From positions 1,860,001 to 1,924,000 of the forward strand of contig JAQGDQ010000003.1 in assembly GCA_030141605.1 (NCBI GenBank): a DNA stretch of 64,000 nucleotides, written 5' to 3'. The position numbers and the translations under genes were made by a program. How positions within the stretch are numbered: the stretch's first letter is position 1; every line of letters begins with the position of its first letter. The stretch is from Tubiluchus corallicola (lineage: Eukaryota; Animalia; Priapulida). Of this stretch, positions 1-12,797 are shown piece after piece. Below the pieces are notes generated by a model, which did not search any database, had not been told where the DNA came from, and saw only the letters and a list, made by a program, of their open reading frames with translations.

Positions 1-698
1 GGAATCACACTCTAACATGATTGTGTCACCATAATTGTATCCAATTCATCATTAGCACGGGTGAAATAATAATCATATCTGAATGCTTTGTGCATGACTG
101 GCGTGCTACAAACATTGACCCTGCACCTTTAACAATATAAAGTAATTGACTCATCTTTAATTTTAAAGTATATTCGATTCTACATACCTATCTTTTTGCT
201 GAACAAATGGTACCAATGCTTATATGCCGCATTGCAGTACAATGAACCTCGAAAATGAGCAATTGCTAAATAATCCAAAAACCAGGTTATTTTTTATATG
301 TGTGGCACTTAGGCCCAGGTCAAAAAACCAGTGATGATGAAAAGAAGAACACCGGTACAAAGAATATAATTCACCTAACAGGCAGTTATTACAAAACGGT
401 GGATCAGCCCAAAACGGTAACTACAGTATGAATAGAATAAAACAAATGCCAATATTATAATGACATGAAAGCCACAATTTTCTTGCCCCTGTTGGCATCA
501 CATTGGCATCAATATCAATAATGGACCTTTACAATTAGCCTTAACCTGGTCAAGATGATAAGAACATGCTATCAGTTTATACCTAAACTGAGTTAACAAA
601 ATTTTTCAGTAATAAGAACTACACGCTGACAACAAATCATGAAATCAGTAAAATGACTATATAGAGCCATTTTTGCACTAGAAGTACGTAAGTTATAC

Positions 699-3600
699 CT
701 GTATAGTTGTCCCTTGTGGGCATCGTATAAGCATTGTATCATCATCACAAGTCTCTTCTTTGAAAACGAACAACGACGTTCCTAGTAATCCTGAAAAAAT
801 AATCAGAAATTAATTTAAATTATGATACCTATGTTAGATTAAAATTAAAATAATGTTTAGATTAGATAAAATGTTCGGTTTATACAGTGCGCAAGCAAAT
901 ATCAGGAGTGTTGGCAGGAGCATCTTTTGTGGTTTTTCCAGACGGCTATTATACAGCATACTTCACTATTCAATCCCATACAGCTGTAGTGCAACTATGC
1001 CGAATGATGTGAGTTTCGTTATTAGTTAATAATTCAATTTAATACTTTTTCCTCTAAATTTTACTAAATTCTCGAAACGTCTTTTTCACATGAAAACAAA
1101 AACCACCTAATCCATTTCACGCTTTGAGTGTAGATGCGAAACTTTGGTCATCTACATTCTAAATTAAATAGACTAATGCAGCATGAACACGGTTGACTCC
1201 GCTAATCACAAATCCGATTAGCAATTAGGAGCTATTAACTGCCATTAATATGCAGTAGTAAACCGTGTGCAGTGTGGTTTCCCTCAAGCTATCTCTAAAC
1301 TTGGCGCCAACACTGCGGCTTCTTTTGTAAAGAGAAACCTTTGTCATTTTAATTATAGGGAATTTTATATAATTATATTCGTGCCTCATAATCACGCACG
1401 CTACGCAATTAATGTTTCGTTCGAATCTACAAAGAAAAAGTTTCCTTTTTAACTCAGTTATAAAAGGGCGAGCGAAGTATATAGCTGAGTGGCCAAGTAG
1501 TAAGAAAGTTAAGCAAAGCCGCGTCTGGGTAGTAAATAGAAGGGCTCCATCAGGAAAGCCGATTTCATGTGCCACACTGCCACCGAGTATTTTTCTCATT
1601 GAAAAAGGATGAATACATCCGAGCATGGTTCAGACACTACTGTCAGTTCAGTATGCCATCACTGAAGAAAATTTATCTTCGTAAACGAGAAAAGCTTCAG
1701 TCTTGTCACAATCATTAATTGGTAAGTGAGGTGCAGTATTAGGGCTTGCAGTGCCTTATTACAACAATTCCTGCGTCATGTTTGTTCCGTACCATTACAA
1801 ATCAGTAGTTAGACAAAATATCTACAAAACAATACTTGGACTTACAAAACAATAAACATTACACAGCAAATGAATAAAACTGGTAAATCTTTCAAAAATT
1901 AATTTCCATTTGTCGGTACATGTCAATGTGCTTTCAAGTAAATGGAAGAAACATGATCTGTCAAATTTTTATTACAACCAGGCGAAGCCGCATAGTATGT
2001 TTATACATCTTTTACTTTTGCTGATTCCATTGACTATAACTAGTTAGTCTAGACTTTTACTTAAAACAAGACAGTCTTTCTTAGAAAATGTAGTCGCAAG
2101 ATGTAGCAGTCAATGACCAACCAGACAGAAATATTTAGATAACTCGTGAAATTATGGCGTGCGGCAGTAAAAGCGACGAAGTTAATGACACAGATGTTAT
2201 TTCTGATAAACGCAAGTCGAAGAAACGGTTGTCTAAAGGGAGACATAAATTCAACTATAAGCAACCGTGGTTCAATGTGAAAAATTGTAGAGTGTTGGCA
2301 AATTAATTTTTAACAAGCGAGCTGGTTTAAAATTAAATGAAATTTAACCACGAGAAGAAATTGTGCAATGCAAACACAAAAACAAAAGTTAAAGAGCTTT
2401 TACTCGCGATAGCTAATTTCTATCGCGAGTAAAAGCTCTTTAGCTTTTGTTTTTGAAATGGACTATCGCATCTATAAGCTACAGATGTTAGTGTAATACA
2501 TATTGTCCTATGCAGTCAATGTCTAACGTCTAATCCTAAATGATATATATATATATAATATGAGTTTCATACTTGAGCTAGTAACCGCAATTCAGTTTTT
2601 GTCAGCCCATTTTAATGTTTATAATTCTTCTCCTAAATACATATTCTCTTATGTAGATTATCATTTTTTACCTTATTAACATCTATAATTCTGATAAGTC
2701 ATGCATATTTGTATGTTTGATAAAAAGCGAGTTATTAAATAACAACCTATATAACCAATTTGACCATGCATGTATGAAACTGTATGAATCAATTTCTAAT
2801 TAAATTTCTATTGACATTTCCAAATTGCGCATTTACCTGACTTTATGATACCACTCAGGTAGAAGCGTGCAGCCCTCTAGCACCTGTGGCTTGTGTCATA
2901 TCATGCGTCATTTAATTATTAATGATTCATTAAACTAATCAATGTTGATGACAGAAAGTGCCGGAAGCCTTTTCACCCATGTGTACAGCAGCAAGAGACA
3001 AAATCTGGTACCTACACCTAATGGATCTAATGGATTCATTGATAATTATAACAACTAATTTGCCAAGAATTAGTTTTGCTGAGCTACTTATTATGTCGAC
3101 TTTGAGTATGTTGATACTCATGTGTTTTTTAAATATGTGAGTGTGCCAATATTTAACTTGAGATCTTATACAAGTACAAAACAAAAGCGACTTGCTGTAC
3201 ACCACTGCCAAAGTACAACACATCGAAAATTACCTAAACTCTAAGTTATCTCACATTCATGTTTGAATGTCGTCGGGTGTCATAACGTGCGTTCACATAA
3301 CTTGGTTATAACTATTTGGTGTAAAGCACAGATTGCTATAGTGAGAGTTACGGCCAATTAATTGGGCGTTCAAATGTGATAGAAAAAGTAAAAGTAATTG
3401 TTTTTATACTCAAAGCTCAATAATGCATTGCTTAACCTGTACAACGAAACGTGTATAATTTAAATCAACTTTCCAAGTCTAAGAAGTTTATTTCAAAACC
3501 ACCTACATCTGGAAAGCTCTGAAAGCTGTAGCTATTTATACAAAAACGCAGTTTTGAAGCCAGTTTTAAGCTGCTTTAAAACTCCGGTAATCTGAGGCTT

Positions 3601-4265
3601 GAAAATATAAGCATTTAAATCTAAAACAAATATGGAGTGTGTGAATAGAAAAAAATTGCATAACATGTAATAAATACCTGCCAAAAACTTAAACATGCTT
3701 ACTTGTGCTTAACCGCAAACGGTCAAAAAAGCGTCTAGATCTTCCATATCTTCTAGAAGCGCCTAACTCTTGTTAGGAACATTCCAGTTTCAGTCGCGAT
3801 ATGAAGCTAATGCATGGTCTAAACACAAACAATGTCTATGTCCTCTAATTTTTGGGTGCTTGACAGCTTTTATGGAGCAAATAATAATAGCAACAAATGC
3901 TATCACACTTCAGGTTCAGTATTAGATCCTATATTAATTAGAGTTTTTGTATACAGTATTTTACTTCACAGAGTATTTTACTTCACAGATTCCTTGGGTG
4001 TTTTTTGTTAAGAAACGTTTATACTGCATGGCTTACGTGTTCTTTGCAATGTTTATCTTACAGCCTACATCCTCAATAGAATTCACTACATCTAACAGAA
4101 CTAATCAAGACAGTATAACTAACATAAGGCTTCAATAATTTGATTAAGAAGTTTCCACCTCGTACTCCGACCCTTAAATCAGTTAACGGCTATAGAATCA
4201 TTTACCCTCGTCGTTCAATACGTACCTGGCAACATGAAAAGCAATAGAAATCCGGACAACCTCAT
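699..4265 (-). CDS. EVA-1-like / SUEL (galactose/rhamnose-binding) lectin-domain protein, first two coding exons (4265-4226, 790-699); gene continues off the left end
   Basis: Exon 4265-4226 encodes MRLSGFLLLFMLP+G (signal-peptide-like) and ends at CAG|gtacgt, phase 1. Exon 790-699 is flanked by ttttcag| and CAG|gtataa. The spliced product MRLSGFLLLFMLPGLLGTSLFVFKEETCDDDTMLIRCPQGTTIQ resembles the start of a SUEL domain (C-D-x6-C-P-x-G-T-x-I) as recalled for EVA-1/EVA1C. A latrophilin-like or other SUEL protein is not excluded. Confidence 0.7.
2377..2455. repeat. Near-perfect hairpin, 36-bp arms with a 7-nt loop
   Basis: 2377-2412 and 2420-2455 are reverse complements with one mismatch; lies in the intron of the EVA-1-like gene. 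Confidence 0.9.
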
Positions 4266-5492
4266 GTTTCTCAATCATTTACAGTAACTAAACCACACGA
4301 CTAAATTCTCAATCCGTAGCCCTCATTAAACAAACCACAGCGCGACGCTTGAAAACCGCTGCACTGCTATTCAGTATACGCGCCATAGAATAACGCCACG
4401 GCTTCAACAGTGGAGGCTGAGTCATTCATGAGTTCAATTAAATATGATGTGAATACTGAGTTGATGAGAGAGGATGTGGCCTGGAGTGCACCCAACAGTG
4501 TACTGTGCGCCGGAATCCGAGAATGGATCTATAACTAAGTCAATTAGCTAACAATTCTAGCTGTATTTACAGAATTAAGCATCGATGAAAGCGAGACGTA
4601 GTAGTAAAACCCCTCGAGGTCATATTCTGATGCTGAACACTGATGGAGAGATACACACTAACTGATGTAGCGATTTAATAATTACAGAAACACGCGATAA
4701 AAAGAAACACGAATTTAGCAAATTAAAACTGATAACGATGAAGATGGAAACGACATAGTTTTGCACAAAGTGAGATACAACAAAAACGAGTTCGCACAAT
4801 AATTGTTGCTCGGCTAACGTTATAATTATCAGACGAACTATGTATCCAATATTTTTGCTCAATTTAGTATGCAAAATCACTTCAGCTGGCAGTTGATGAT
4901 TGGTGCTTGACACCTCCTCTAAGCTCGCTTTCACACTAGATCATCCACCCTTACAGAGAAACCTTTGTTTTCTTTGCGACGTGGCAACAGTTGCTAACGA
5001 TGTCCTCCTGTCTGAAGTCCGGATTCCGTATGTTCAAGCTTCCGGCGGCTCTGAACAGAAATAGACGAAGGCATCTCAGCTTCTTCTGATGTGTTGCCAA
5101 CAGCTGCTTGTGCGGCAAGCATGCAAAAATAACGCTGCCAAAATCCAGCGGCCTGAACCCAATACAAGCATCATACAGGCAGCACTTGAATATACAAGAG
5201 AAAAACCAACCTTTCCGTTGAGAAAAAGCGATAGATTTTGCCCAAGTAGCTAAGTTAATCAAAATGAAATAAAGCAAAGCAGCTAGCCATTTTTAATGAA
5301 ATCACGCCAACGATTCCTTAATCGATAGTGTAAGTGTATACAGAAGGTTCTAGTGACCGCAAACGAAATTTGAAGATCACTTTAAGTTTCATTTAGATGT
5401 CTTTTTCATTGCCATTTAAAAAATCAAATTTCAAATTTTGACAGTTTATAAGCAATAAACATTTGATGTTATTATACATCATTTACAAAGAC

Positions 5493-5532
<40 letters not shown>
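5493..5532 (+). repeat. (TCTA)n microsatellite
   Basis: About 10 tandem TCTA units. Confidence 0.95.
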
Positions 5533-5539
5533 GTAAATA

Positions 5540-5672
5540 CAGTAAATACAGGACTTTATAATCTGTCAGTACAATGGTAAGACAATGCAAATGGCTTTAG
5601 GCGATATAAATATATATAAACAACCGTTGTCTTACCATTGTACTGACAGATTATAAAGTCCTGTATTTACTG
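5540..5672. repeat. Perfect inverted repeat, 46-bp arms with a 41-nt spacer
   Basis: 5540-5585 is the exact reverse complement of 5627-5672. Confidence 0.92.
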
Positions 5673-5906
5673 AAGAGATTGTCATTGCCGTTTCAGCGTT
5701 TCCAATTTTGCAAATACGTAAATGTTACTTTTGCAGTATGCTGTATCACTGTCGCTGTTTGAAGATCTCTTGGTCTATTTTACATTTAGCCTGCTGATTT
5801 ATTTTAACGGAATTTTAGTTTTTTACATGCCTATTCTAACTGCTTTCGCAATTTTCGTTTATGTCGTTTTCATGCAGAGATTGGTTGTATAGCTTATTCG
5901 TGCAAT

Positions 5907-6301
5907 TACTTAAGTTGTTTTGCAATTCTCAGTTTTGTGTCGGTGAAATTTTTAATTCCAATAACGTAAATGATTGTCTAATGGAACTGAAGTTCAGAAA
6001 AGCGAAGTACCTTTCAAAATAAGGAAACGGTAGTCATACCATTTGAATCATCGATTTCAGAAAAGTTCTAAATTCAGTATATATAAATTCAGTATACTGA
6101 ATTTAGAATATATATATATATATATATATGCTGAATTTAGAACTTTTCTGAAATCGATGATTCAAATGGTATGACTACTGTTTCCTTATTTTGAAATGTA
6201 CTTCGCTTTTCTGAACTTCAGTTCCATTAGACAATCATTTACGTTACTGGAATTAAAAATTTCACCGACACTAAACTGAGAATTGCAAAACAACTTAAGT
6301 A
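5907..6301. repeat. Long foldback inverted repeat, ~175-bp arms, centred on a (TA)n tract
   Basis: 5907-~6085 versus ~6121-6301 are reverse complements with about 5 substitutions counted by eye; (TA)n in the centre and immediately to the right. Confidence 0.92.
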
Positions 6302-8040
6302 TATATATATATATATAGGCCTAATGCGCACCAAACCAGCATGTATTGAACTTAATTTATTTTTTTCCGACAAGCATAAAGCTATATAAATGATCAAATT
6401 CTAGTGCCTCCTAAGACAACTACTCAGGAAGCTGCGTGGAATTTTTTATGATATGCTGTGTAAGTGCGGGGTAATTAAGATTTGTGGATAACATATGGGG
6501 ACGTGCCAGGAAGTGGTGACATATGGGACAGATTATGCAAATCAGTCACAAATGGCTAATGAGTGACAGGTCCATGTGCCCAGGGCCTCAGTAATCCTTC
6601 TGAAATATAGAGATTCTGGACGGTAGCCCTTAGGGCAACCATAAAGTTACAGCAATAAAATCTATCACTCATATAAATACAAGTAATGAGCCGCTTCCTA
6701 TTTACTAGATGAAATTCAAAACAAGCAAACATATGTCTGCAAACTTCCAATATAAATTATTAAGGACAGATTTGGGCTGTGCTGTAATTTCGCAAGTAAA
6801 ATAGATGAGAATGAGGTTTTAGGGTTCTTTTGCTTCTCCACTACTGAAAACTACTGCTGGGTTTTATAAGTAATTTACATTAAAAGCGCTCCAGCAGGAA
6901 CTAATGCTGTTTTTGTAGAAATCATTCTCGCAGCTGTAATAGTTCTCTTTGGGAAATACCCGATACAACTGCTTCACAAGGTTGAATGTAAGCTTGCGAA
7001 ATGCATTTGAAAATAGTTATGCTCTCTGCATATTGTTTGTTTCCTAGAGATCTGCCAAAATCGGTTGAGCATCAAACCCGCGTCCAAGTTCCTCAGCATC
7101 TCCCTAAGAGCCTTGGATTTCTCGACTAAGCAAGCGAATAAACATCTCATTTGGCTACATTAGGTCCTAAGCAAAAGCAGACACCACGCGAAATTCTTTC
7201 GTTTTAAGTAAAATTGCATTAAAACAAGTAAGATAACGAACTTGAGTCCAACGTTGTACCACAACTATCCGCAAACTATACCGCAACCGACGTGATTTTA
7301 TCTGTAGAGATTCTACAGCACTTAGTAGAGAGATGTGAGAATGAGTCCGGTTACTTGCTGCCAGCAGGCGCCATCTGACATGTGATAAAATTACTACTGC
7401 TAAAGCAGCTTTGCGGTACTTAGAGAATCGTGATCAGTGAAGTAATTTTTTACTTGAAACATCTGCGCAACAGTAAAATGTTATTCATACAGAACAAATA
7501 TTGCATGGCATATAATCTTCTACACCAATTGACTTCATGAGTTTATTTATAAACAGTGACACTCATCATATATAACAAAACAATAGTACTACAATAATAT
7601 TTACAAGGCTGGCGTACAACTTAAAAAAATACTTGTTTACAATGAGGTCCCTAAACGGTCACTCTCCATATAGTTTACATAGATGTACATAAACTTTCTA
7701 CCTCACTAGCTTTAAGGAAGACAAGTAGAAAAAACTAATTTTTAATTTAAACTGGCCAAGGATCTCAATACAGCAACTCTAACTTATATCCATTAGGAAT
7801 CATTATATGGCTGATTCGCTTGAAAATTATCTACTGGCCGCCTAACTGAAATCTGATCATGTTTCTGGCACTCATGTACCGCAAGCTCCATTCGCGTAAT
7901 ACGCCCATTTAATTTTAAAGCATATCAAATTAAACTGAAGATGTGTGGCTTAATTAAGGCGCAGTGTGATAAATAACGCAAGAAAAATGCAAATAATATT
8001 TAATTACAAGACTAGTCACAATAATAAAAATGCTACAAAT

Positions 8041-8420
8041 ACAAGAAAAAAGAAAGAAAGAGCATACCACGGTAGTTCCTTTTCAGGTGAACATAAAAAG
8101 ACAAAAAAAGAGAAAAAATCACAGAAAGATGCTAAAACTATTACATTAATTTTTTGCGAGTTTTTTGTTCTGTTGTAGTCTGTTTCGTAACTGTGGCTAG
8201 TTATTTCATACTTCTGTGTTTTTCTTTGTGTTTGTATCAACTGAGCTACTGTGTTTTTTACCTGCTTGTATCCTTTTTAGTGTGATATTCTTTTTATGTT
8301 AATAATATAAACAAAAAACAAACTAACAAGAATTAGTTTAGTAGTTTCAGCAATTTCTTGTGATTGTTTCTCTTTTTTGTATTTTCATGTTCTCTTGAAG
8401 GAGTCCTTCTTTTTTCTTGT
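8041..8420. repeat. Degenerate inverted repeat (old MITE/foldback-like)
   Basis: 8041-8169 (acaagaaaaaagaa...gaacataaaaagacaaaaaaagagaaaaaatcacagaaagatgctaaaacta) matches the reverse complement of 8311-8420 with gaps. Confidence 0.65.
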
Positions 8421-11400
8421 TTTTAATTACGGGATTTGTTATTCATTAACGCGAACGGTGAAATACATGATACTAACAAAGGAAAAACAACAACTTTTGT
8501 TGGATGGTTACGCTTTCTTTAGAATTCAACAGGAAACGCCCGCTAAATAGCTTACACACAAACCAAAGGAATGCAGATAAACTTTAACTTTGCCAGTTAT
8601 AAGATTCTCCGATGTCTAAAACAGGGTAAATTAAGTAAAATCGGAGGCGGTGATTATTTAATTCCCGCCTTTGCGGAAAATCTTAGTGTTTTGACAACTA
8701 TGATACTTCGGGGGTGATTGCCCTGCTTGATCCCTGCATACTGCTTAGGTTCAACCCAAGTTACAACAGCACGCATGTAAGAAGAAGCCATGGGTGTTTC
8801 CCGCGCAGACAGTTTAGGGAATAATGGCTTCCACAAGCCATTTTTTGTAAAGACGAACAAATGCACTGACATTACCAGCGTTGTCGTCTTTCAGTAGCAT
8901 GAGCCAAAGAAGATTAGATTTGAAACAAGTGTTTGTTTCATTTGCTGCATAAAGTTACATTTACATTCAATTCCGGCAAAAAGCTACAACAGTGGTAACA
9001 AATACATTGGCCTTCACAGCGTCAGTTTGCTGACTGCTGTTTCAGCTTGTCCTGTTGTGCAATACTGTAATTTGTGAGCACTGAATGTAGTCTTACCCTG
9101 ACTGTGCAAAGCATTGGTTAAATTTGCATTCTCACCCACGTATGTAGGCCTTAGAAAGAAATGTTTTTGCATCCTGTTTAGCTCCAGTGGCTGCTCGACT
9201 GGTTTCACTGTTCACTAGATGTGAAGTCATGTGGCGCAGGTTCCGCTTTCTTGATTAAAAACAGCTTGAACAGAATACTTCAAAAACCCTGGCATGGTGT
9301 TTCCAATGAGTGAACTACATAAGTGGAAATCTCAGTGATATGTTGTTCTAAATGAGCAAAATTGTGTCGAGTGGAGCATTTTCATGTCAAGCTGCAAACA
9401 GAAGCCAATTCTAGAAAGTGTGAAAACTGGTTAGAAAAACGGTTCGCGTTGAACGTCTCATTTATTATCAAACTAATTATAATCCACACTCTTAATGTCA
9501 ATTCTTTAATTCTCTTATCTAACTTTTGTTGTAGAAATATGCTTTGGTAACCTAGAAACAACAGAAGTATAGATAACTTTGTTCGAACGAATTCAATTTT
9601 GATAATCTCATAAAATCTCATCAATTTGTTGCTGCGTTCCTAGATCGACTTAAAATCTCTAAACCCAACAAAGTCGTTTAGGCGACACTCTTAAAGCAGG
9701 TGGCGCTGACGAGTCTGACGGAGGGCTTCCAGATGCTCTGAAAGGTTTACCTAAAACACGTTAACCAGGTAACCCAAATAGCATGAGTTTAACCTCCTTT
9801 CGATTCCCTGTTGTTCCTGCATGGCATTAGATAATATTTGCCTATTATTGCCGAAAAATATCTTTGTCTTTCTGAAAAGCTTCTCTTTCTCTCGTTTCCC
9901 TCTTTCGAAAAACAGAATTAAAGACGACTGCCATGTTGTGACTTACGCGTTAATAACAATGACGATGATCATAATAATGATGACGGTGGCGACAATGACA
10001 CAGTAACTTACCTCAATTCAAATTACCACCCTACCTTTAAATTGCGGGCAGAACTGTCTTCATTGCCATCATCGTCTAACGTCATTAATTGTCATCACCA
10101 TCAGCAGCATCGTTAACAATTGAAAATACCTCATTAGTGTAGCATCATTATCATTAACGTCAAAATGGCTTTAAGACAAGAGTTCCACAACACTCGGCAT
10201 GTCAAAAAGGTGAAAAATTGACTAGGAACATTCAGAATTTATCGACCACAAATATCCAATGCAAAAACACTGCAGAGTAGTATAACTGTCAAAAACTCTC
10301 TCGTTAGATTAGATTTTAGATTTTAGAATTATTATATACAATGCCAATGTGTACATGTACATACAGAACAATATGCAACATGCAAAATTTATAATTCATC
10401 AGCACATGAAGACACATCAAGTCAATATCAAGTCGTACCTTATTTTTCACTTTTTTTCTATTACATGTAGTAAATAGCCCTAAAGTTAACACCTGCATCA
10501 CGTGGTTTTATCCATGGTCCGGCTTCAGGAAAGAGATTACACACAGGCTGTGAGAATGTTATCCATTTTGCTAATCCCTCAATGCAGTTTTCGAGTTACA
10601 CTCCTTGCAATTGTGGTAATACATGGATTATTCGCATTTCCCATGTGGTTTTCTCGGATGACTTTCCCAACATCAAACTTTCTCACGAAAAGTACGGGAA
10701 ATGTTTAGTGATGACCACATTGCGTTAATTAGACGCCGTGGGTCCATTTGGTGATGTAGATGTATAATCGTAGTTTTTTGTAAGTGGGTACCTGTGTGGT
10801 ACTCTCTACATTTATCTATAATGCCTACAGTAAAATTTATTTAAGACTTGCCAAACCCGGCATGAAATTTTCACATTAACCCACAGTAATGAACTACATC
10901 CACCATACCACACCACCCGCCAACAGCACCCACACCACACCATTCATACCATGCCTAACTACACTACATCAGCTACACCACAATTTGGCAATAAAAACCG
11001 CAGACAAAAAGTTTTAAAAAGGTTTGATTTAAATTCCTCTAAATAAGGTTTAAAATTTCTAATCAAACTACTAACTAGGTGCAAAAATTGTGTATGATAG
11101 ACAATATGATCCATACTATCATTCATGTCACTGAAACTTTGGTGTCCCAGCTATTCCTCATTTTGAAAAGCAGCTATTGTGCGCAATCTCATTTTCAGAT
11201 CCCTCCATGTAGCAGTCAGATTCAGAGCATAAGCCTGTACTTATCTTCAGTAAAAACAATCCCATCAGGCTTAAATTGATAACCTGGGTAATTAACATAC
11301 TCGTTTTCAGAGTGCTTCAATTTACAAGGAAATTCGGATTACTCTTTTATATAATTCACGTACTCGTTTTCAAAGTACTCCATCTGAGAGTCATAATTAG

Positions 11401-12372
11401 GCACTCAAAAACTGAGTACTAACTAACTAAAATCTTCGGAAGATATACTCGTATTAATAAGTTTGTCAAGTTTACAGACGCATGACAAGAATTAGAAACT
11501 GAAGCTAGAGCACTGTCCCCTCTCTGTTACCGCATAATGAATTCGATTCGATCCAGTAAAAATATGTAAATTAAATATCAGATGATTAACTCTGCCTCAG
11601 TTACACTAGTCAAACCAGACCGGCAACAGTACATATACCAGTTGACCAGTGATTGGTTACAGCTATTGCTGTGAGAGGTTTGGAATATTGACTATATTGC
11701 AGCCTGGGCTACTAAAGTTGGCGCCCGCTGCATGCCCAACTACAGAACTGAATTTGTAAACAACACTTACCGTAGTCTAAATCAGCTTGCACTTCAACCA
11801 CCTCTAATGCTTCTTGCAGCTGCGGGTTTTGTTTTCTTAGCTCACTTTTCTTCGGGTATCGGTTTTACTGGAAGATTCTTTCTTCCCGTAGTCCGAGACC
11901 CTAGTACTGCTACTTAATACAGCACTTGGCTTTGCGCCTGGATCAGAGTTTTACTTGGCGGCTTATCATAGATCACTTTCATGGACTTCGGCATCATTAC
12001 TTTTCTAGCATTGGGCGCAATAAATGTTATTTATGCTTGGTATTATTGTGCAAGATTTCCTGACACTCCATAGTACCGCTGCTAATTTCACGTAGTAACA
12101 CTGATTTATTGTCAGTCAAGACGTCTCGGGGAAAAATGAAGTAACGGATCATAGAAACTGAGCGTAAAAACGAATATGCTTGTAGGATTTCAAAAAAAGT
12201 TTTTGTGATAAAATACCCGAGTTTCACAAAGCAAGCAGCAGCCCTAAGTCACTTTTTAATTCTTTGTAATCATAAGATTTTTCAACAAAGTAATTTTTTA
12301 AAAAAGTAAAAGAAGTTCAAAACTTAGTTTAAAGACTTGAAAGGACTGTTTTGAAGTAACAGGATAATTGCA

Positions 12373-12477
12373 AGTTTATCCCAGTTCATTCGATCAATCA
12401 AAATCAGGTTAGGAATTTAGATTTATCCCAGTTCATTCGATCAATCAAAATCAGGTTGGAAATCAGGTTAGGAATTT
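12373..12477 (+). repeat. Local tandem duplication just 3' of the tRNA
   Basis: tttatcccagttcattcgatcaatcaaaatcaggtt occurs twice, followed by a third aaatcaggttaggaattt. Confidence 0.85.
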
Positions 12478-12506
12478 TTTAATCAAACACAGCGTTCCGC
12501 AAAACT

Positions 12507-12580
12507 AGGCACCACCCGGATTCGAACCGGGGATCTCCTGTTTACTAGACAGGCGCTTTAACCGACTAAGCCATGGCGCC
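12507..12580 (-). tRNA. tRNA-Thr (anticodon AGT)
   Basis: Minus strand reads GGCGCCATGGCTTAGTCGGTTAAAGCGCCTGTCTAGTAAACAGGAGATCCCCGGTTCGAATCCGGGTGGTGCCT: full cloverleaf, A and B boxes, stem CCTGT/ACAGG around CT-AGT-AA, followed by a TTTT Pol III terminator. Confidence 0.97.
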
Positions 12581-12747
12581 TCGAACGAATGAGTCAACCG
12601 CAAAACAGAATAGTTAGTACATGTATTGCATAGATCTAGATTCTAGATTATCTAGATTCTAAACAAGGATCAATTGCCACATAAGCTACAAAGTTAACGT
12701 ACAGCGTAAAACCATGCACTAGCATGAAATCAGTTTTTAATCGGCGA

Positions 12748-12766
12748 ATAAAAATAAATAAATAAA

Positions 12767-12796
<30 letters not shown>
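12748..12796 (+). repeat. (TAAA)n microsatellite
   Basis: Slightly interrupted AAAT run. Confidence 0.9.

Positions 12797-12797
<1 letters not shown>

Noticed and set aside
1225-1720. 133-aa ORF, and a plus-strand stretch KDEYIRAWFRHYCQFSMPSLKKIYL reminiscent of a DNA transposase fragment
   Set aside because: Intronic, interrupted by stops, and the resemblance is too weak to name a family.
4620-5277. Two ~105-aa minus-strand ORFs
   Set aside because: Non-ATG starts and no recognisable domain; more likely 5' UTR or promoter sequence of the EVA-1-like gene.
11771-11995. Exon-like minus-strand segment ending in a strong donor (TACG|gtaagt), phase-compatible with exon 790-699
   Set aside because: All frames contain stops upstream and there is no signal peptide; the 4265-4226 exon is a much better first coding exon.
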